Shown: piece after piece, positions 33,734-37,593 of the stretch
How the letters are laid out: each line of letters starts with the position of its first letter
How positions within the stretch are numbered: position 1 is the stretch's first letter
IMG/VR virus record: IMGVR_UViG_3300037761_000095
Coordinates: 1 to 37,593 of that record
Source: a virus
Taxonomy: Duplodnaviria > Caudoviricetes
Length of the DNA: 37,593 nucleotides
Reading direction: 5' to 3' (one strand)
The notes under the pieces: model-generated
Database searches by the model: none
The model's input: the letters and a program-made list of their open reading frames with translations, nothing else
What the model was told of the DNA's origin: nothing
Translations under genes and position numbers: made by a program

Positions 33734-35289
33734 TGGACGTCCTACGCGAGCTCGTGCTCCCACGCCTCGATGGGGTACGTAAAGCCGGAGGTGGGTTCGA
33801 GGCTCGCTGCCCCGCTCACGAGGACCGGCGCGCCAGCTTGTCGGTCGGGCCCGGCAAAGAGCACCCGGTCGTGCTCAACTGCCACGCCGGCTGCGACCGC
33901 GACACTGTGCTCGACGCCATGGGACTCACATGGGCCGAACTGTGCGCGCCGCGCGAGGAGCAGCCACAGGGCGAGTGGACCCCACGCGGCGAAGCCGTCG
34001 CCGTCTACGAGTACGTCGACGAACACAACGCACTGCTATTCCAGGTTTGCCGCACCGCCGACAAGCAGTTCCCGCAACGCCGACCTGACCCGCTCAGCAA
34101 GACTGGCTGGACATGGCGACTCGGTGATGTCCGCCGCGTGCTCTACCGACTGCCTAAGATCATCGACGCCGTCAGCAACGGCCAGATCGTCTACATCGTC
34201 GAAGGCGAGAAAGACGTCCATACGCTCGAGCGTCTCGGCCTGGTCGCCACCTGCAACCCCGGCGGCGCCGGCAAATGGCGAACCGATTACAGCGAGCATC
34301 TGAGGGACGCTGATGTCGTGCTCATTGCCGACCGGGACGACGCTGGGCAAGCACACAGTCGGCAAGTCGTGGCCGCGCTCGAGGGTATCGTCGCTGGCTG
34401 GCGGATCGTCGAGGCGCGCGAGGGCAAGGACGTCAGCGATCACCTTGCGGCAGGTCGTACCATCGACCAGCTTGTCGAGACCGCCAGTAGCACCCAGCCC
34501 CCCGAGGTTGACCTGGCTCCGGATCTGTGGGAGTTCATCGGCGCCGTCGACCCGCCCTATGACTGGGTAGTCCCGAACCTGCTTGAGCGTGGTGACCGGC
34601 TCATCTGGACCGGCTTCGAGGGCCTCGGAAAGTCCATGTTCACCCGCCAACTGGCCGTCATGGTGGCGGCCGGACTGAACCCGTTCTCCGCTCGGCACAT
34701 CGACCCGATGAAGGTCCTGCTGATCGATTGTGAGAACGGCGAGCGTCAGGCGAGGCGCAAGTTCCGCCCCCTTGCTCATGCAACGGTGGACGCCGATCGG
34801 GATGTGCCAGAGGGCGGGCTGCGACTCATTCACAAGCCCACCGGCATCGATCTCACCCGCGACGACTGGGCCGCCTGGCTGCTTGAGCGGGTCACCGCAC
34901 ACCGACCCGACCTGCTCATCATCGGCCCGTTCTACCGTCTGCACGCCACGGACATGAACGAGGAGCTCGCCGCCCGTCGCACCGTCGAGGCTTTGGACAT
35001 GGCCCGGACAAAGGTCGACTGCGCGCTCGTCATCGAGGCACACGCCGGTCATGGTGAATCGGGCAGGACGCGCTCGGTGCGGCCGATCGGCAGCTCGCTG
35101 CTTCTGCGCTGGCCTGAGTTCGGTCTCGGCATCACGCCAGCAGAGGATCCGGCGCCCGGCCAGCCATGCCGTGTCGTCGAGGTCAAGCAGTGGCGCGGCG
35201 CTCGGGACGAACGAGATTGGCCGACACGGCTGACCTGGGGTGAACCGTGGCCCTGGGTTGTCGACCCACGAGACGGACGGCAGCCGTGA
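33733..35289 (+). CDS. Primase-helicase (Zn finger + TOPRIM + RepA/AAA_25 helicase)
   Basis: CPAHED...CHAGC; IVEGEKD, IADRDDAG, KDVSD; Walker A GFEGLGKS, LLIDCEN. Confidence 0.92.
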   Translation: MDVLRELVLPRLDGVRKAGGGFEARCPAHEDRRASLSVGPGKEHPVVLNCHAGCDRDTVLDAMGLTWAELCAPREEQPQGEWTPRGEAVAVYEYVDEHNALLFQVCRTADKQFPQRRPDPLSKTGWTWRLGDVRRVLYRLPKIIDAVSNGQIVYIVEGEKDVHTLERLGLVATCNPGGAGKWRTDYSEHLRDADVVLIADRDDAGQAHSRQVVAALEGIVAGWRIVEAREGKDVSDHLAAGRTIDQLVETASSTQPPEVDLAPDLWEFIGAVDPPYDWVVPNLLERGDRLIWTGFEGLGKSMFTRQLAVMVAAGLNPFSARHIDPMKVLLIDCENGERQARRKFRPLAHATVDADRDVPEGGLRLIHKPTGIDLTRDDWAAWLLERVTAHRPDLLIIGPFYRLHATDMNEELAARRTVEALDMARTKVDCALVIEAHAGHGESGRTRSVRPIGSSLLLRWPEFGLGITPAEDPAPGQPCRVVEVKQWRGARDERDWPTRLTWGEPWPWVVDPRDGRQP

Positions 35290-35493
35290 CCGAGCACTGC
35301 GCCCGACGCGCTGACCCCGACCACGCCCGCACCATGCGCGACCAGGCCGTAGCCGCCGCCAAGGCAGCGAGCCGACCGGAGGAGACCACGCCGTGAGCGA
35401 TGTCTGGCTCGAAGCCGTCCTCGTGCTGGCCCTGTCGGCGGCGCTGATGGTCGCCCTGAGCCTCCTGTACGCATTCGTGGCCTGGATCATGCC

Positions 35494-36144
35494 GTGACCA
35501 CCCGCGGCAACGCCGAGTACCCCTGCGCCGTCGACGGCTGCGGGCTGCAAGCCCACGAACGCCGCATCTGCGGGGTGTGCGCCGGCAACCTCGAACGCGA
35601 CCTCGCCGAGATGCCCGCCCTGCTCGACGACCTGTCCGTCACCCTGTCCCGGCAAGCCCGCATCGGAGGACACACCAATGGCAGCCGAGCGTTCGAAAGG
35701 CCATTACCGTTCGATCCTCGAGCGTCCGAGGCCGGTGACGTTCTACGTTCGACCCTGGTTGGTTGGATTCGGGATCTCCACGACGGAGCCGAATACTGGC
35801 CCGTCGATTCCCTTCACGGCATGGCTCTGTGGCTGTACAGGCGACTGTCCCGACTGCTTGACCACCCCGCCGCCGAGGAAGCCGTCGACGAAATCCGGTT
35901 CGCTGTAGGGCTGTGCAAGCGGGTCACGGACAAGCCCGCCAATCGGACCGCCTTCGCTGTCGGGCCGTGCCCCGAGCTCGACGAGCAGGGAGTCCAGTGC
36001 CCCGGTGAAGTGCGAGCGTTCATCCCCTCCACCGAAGACCGTCCGGCACGGATGCAATGCGAGGCCTGCGGGGCAGCGTGGCTAACGTTCCAGTGGCTGC
36101 GAGCAGGCCGCCGCATCCTCGACCGGATCGAGCAAACCGCATGA
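35494..36144 (+). CDS. Cys-rich protein, candidate late-transcription regulator
   Basis: N- and C-terminal CxxC pairs; position at the end of the early operon, before a promoter/terminator. Confidence 0.6.
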   Translation: MTTRGNAEYPCAVDGCGLQAHERRICGVCAGNLERDLAEMPALLDDLSVTLSRQARIGGHTNGSRAFERPLPFDPRASEAGDVLRSTLVGWIRDLHDGAEYWPVDSLHGMALWLYRRLSRLLDHPAAEEAVDEIRFAVGLCKRVTDKPANRTAFAVGPCPELDEQGVQCPGEVRAFIPSTEDRPARMQCEACGAAWLTFQWLRAGRRILDRIEQTA

Positions 36145-36335
36145 CCTGGAAGTCCACCGTCCGCGACGCCGCCTACTTCACCGACGTGCCCGTACGCACG
36201 CTGCGCCGGTGGGTCAGCCAGGGTCGACTGCGGTCCTGGGCAGGGCGAAACGACTGGCTGATCGTCGACCTCGAGGAAGTTGCCGAGCTGCGCGACACGC
36301 GCGGCCAGGGCGGACGTTTGCCTAGACAGCCATAG
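36141..36335 (+). CDS. MerR/excisionase-like HTH protein
   Basis: TVRDAA...VPVRTLRRWVSQGRL...VDLEEV. Confidence 0.75.
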   Translation: MTWKSTVRDAAYFTDVPVRTLRRWVSQGRLRSWAGRNDWLIVDLEEVAELRDTRGQGGRLPRQP

Positions 36336-36403
36336 TGGCCGTACCGTTCGGGTTGATTGGTGAACCTCGCCCCATCGACGCAAGCCGTCGGTGGGGTTCT
36401 CAT
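36318..36403 (+). promoter_or_regulatory. Candidate late promoter followed by a terminator-like hairpin
   Basis: TTGCCT-18-TACCGT (36318-36347); stem CCCCATCGACG / CGTCGGTGGGG (36370-36396) followed by TTCTCAT. Confidence 0.5.
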
Positions 36404-36419
36404 ATGTCAGGAGCCAGTC

Positions 36420-36605
36420 ATGCGCCGCACCCTCGCCACCCTCACCCTCGCCGCAGCCTTCGCCATCAGCACCGCAGCCGTCGCCACCGCCGATCCGTCC
36501 TTCGGGCCAGGCGCAGGCAACGGCCAGGGCAACAACCAGCCTCACGACGCTGGCGCCAAGTGCCACCCACCCGGGCAGACCACCGAAGAGCCCGGCTGCA
36601 AGTGA
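36420..36605 (+). CDS. Small secreted peptide
   Basis: SD AGGAG; MRRTLATLTLAAAFAISTAAVATA signal peptide; mature ~37 aa with two Cys. Confidence 0.7.
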   Translation: MRRTLATLTLAAAFAISTAAVATADPSFGPGAGNGQGNNQPHDAGAKCHPPGQTTEEPGCK

Positions 36606-36612
36606 GGCAACC

Positions 36613-36759
36613 ATGACCATCACCGTCGAGGTCGTGCTGTACCTCATCGCCGTCGTGCTGCTCGTACTCGCCGCCCTCGGCGTTGCCACCCGGGTAGCCC
36701 TCGGCTGGGCAGGGCTCGCCCTCGCCGTGTTCACCTTCGGTGTGCTACCAGCGTTCTGA
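36613..36759 (+). CDS. Small two-helix membrane protein
   Basis: 48 aa, almost entirely hydrophobic; SD GAGG. Confidence 0.7.
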   Translation: MTITVEVVLYLIAVVLLVLAALGVATRVALGWAGLALAVFTFGVLPAF

Positions 36760-36762
36760 CCC

Positions 36763-37086
36763 ATGGCCAACCGGCCCTGCCTCGACTGCGGTGCCCTGAC
36801 CCCCAACACCCGCTGCCCCGCACACCAACGCCAGCAGCAGCAGGCCAAGCGCAGACGCCGCCCCTACACCGCCGCCATGCTCCGACGCCGGGCCCAAGTC
36901 GTAGCCCAATGGCGAGCAGAACACGGCGACCTGTGCCCAGGCTGGCGGCGGCCAGCGCACCCAAGCCATGACCTCACCGCTGATCACATGGTCGCCGTCG
37001 GTGCAGGCGGAGACGAAGACGGACCACTCGCCGTGCTGTGCCGATCGTGCAACTCGAGCAAGAAGATGACCTTGGCCGTTTTTTAG
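36763..37086 (+). CDS. HNH endonuclease (terminase-associated)
   Basis: RPCLDCG...RCPAH, LTADH, LAVLCRSCNSSK. Confidence 0.9.
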   Translation: MANRPCLDCGALTPNTRCPAHQRQQQQAKRRRRPYTAAMLRRRAQVVAQWRAEHGDLCPGWRRPAHPSHDLTADHMVAVGAGGDEDGPLAVLCRSCNSSKKMTLAVF

Positions 37087-37135
37087 AGTGCGACAAGAAA
37101 TGACCCTTGGCCACCACAAATCTCTCTCCGATTCA
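37059..37135 (+). other. Candidate cos/packaging region with imperfect direct repeats
   Basis: CAAGAAGATGACCTTGGCC (37059-37077) and CAAGAAATGACCCTTGGCC (37094-37112) flank a T-run; CTCTCTCC before terS. Confidence 0.5.
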
Positions 37136-37152
37136 GACTTTTGGGGCCGATC

Positions 37153-37425
37153 ATGGCGGGTTTGAACCTGGTCGCCTTGAACGAGACCCTGTCCGCTCTG
37201 GATCAGCTCGGAAGGCTCGAGCAGGTGGATTCGGCGGTCGTGCAGGCGTTGCGGTCGATGGCGAGCGCCTTGGACTTCGATCCGCAGAACGCGGCGCTGT
37301 GGGGCCGGTACCTGAGCGCCCTCGACGGACTGTTGGGGGCCAACGATGACGCAGACAGCGACCTTGCTGCGGCCCTCGCGGAGATCCGAGGCTCCTCCGA
37401 GGTGGGCGACTCCCCGCCGTCCTGA
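37153..37425 (+). CDS. terS: Terminase small subunit (actinophage type)
   Basis: Helical 90-aa protein (DSAVVQALRSMASALD...RYLSALDGL) between HNH and a terL. Confidence 0.7.
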   Translation: MAGLNLVALNETLSALDQLGRLEQVDSAVVQALRSMASALDFDPQNAALWGRYLSALDGLLGANDDADSDLAAALAEIRGSSEVGDSPPS

Positions 37426-37593
37426 GCGGGAGACGCTGGGTCATCGTCTCGGCCGGACGGCCAAGATGATGGCGCACCCGTTCATGCCGTGGCAGCAGCA
37501 GGTCGCGGACGTAGCTCTGGAGATCGACCCGTCGACGGGCTTGCCGGCGTACCGCGAGGTCGTAGTAACGGTGATGCGGCAGTCCGGTAAGTC
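37346..37593 (+). CDS. terL: Second terminase large subunit (copy B), truncated by the window end
   Basis: ATG 37346; PPRWATPRRPERETLG...FMPWQQQVADVALEIDP.TG...YREVVVTVMRQSGK(S) = Q-motif plus Walker A; absent from the track because there is no stop in the window. Confidence 0.85.
   Translation, partial: MTQTATLLRPSRRSEAPPRWATPRRPERETLGHRLGRTAKMMAHPFMPWQQQVADVALEIDPSTGLPAYREVVVTVMRQSGK

Overview
A near-complete genome of a high-GC, probably temperate siphophage of Actinobacteria (WhiB-family gene, r1t-type holin, HK97-type head). From left to right it carries: terminase large subunit, portal, prohead protease, major capsid and adaptor; a ~5.7 kb accessory block with a signal-peptide GH12 glycoside hydrolase and a repeat-rich fibre containing an apiosidase-like (DUF4038) domain; tail genes with a probable -1 chaperone frameshift and an M23-tipped tape measure; a Tat-exported PIG-L deacetylase moron; and a lysis cassette. 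It continues with a leftward XerC-like recombinase and XRE operon, an atypical tRNA, divergent leaderless promoters, an early/replication arm, and finally HNH, terS and the start of a SECOND, different terminase large subunit. The most unusual signals are non-coding. (1) Two unrelated genes share a gapless, covarying 39-nt leader motif at identical 32-nt spacing from the start codon, each with an antisense -10 box in its first codons (a candidate reusable cis-antisense sRNA cassette). (2) A 102-bp in-frame, direct-repeat-bounded promoter-hairpin-terminator insert sits inside the recombinase. (3) Tandem covarying CGACA-loop hairpins precede the capsid gene. (4) A Pro-like tRNA body carries an AAG anticodon. 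All product calls come from motif recognition by eye; no database searches were run.
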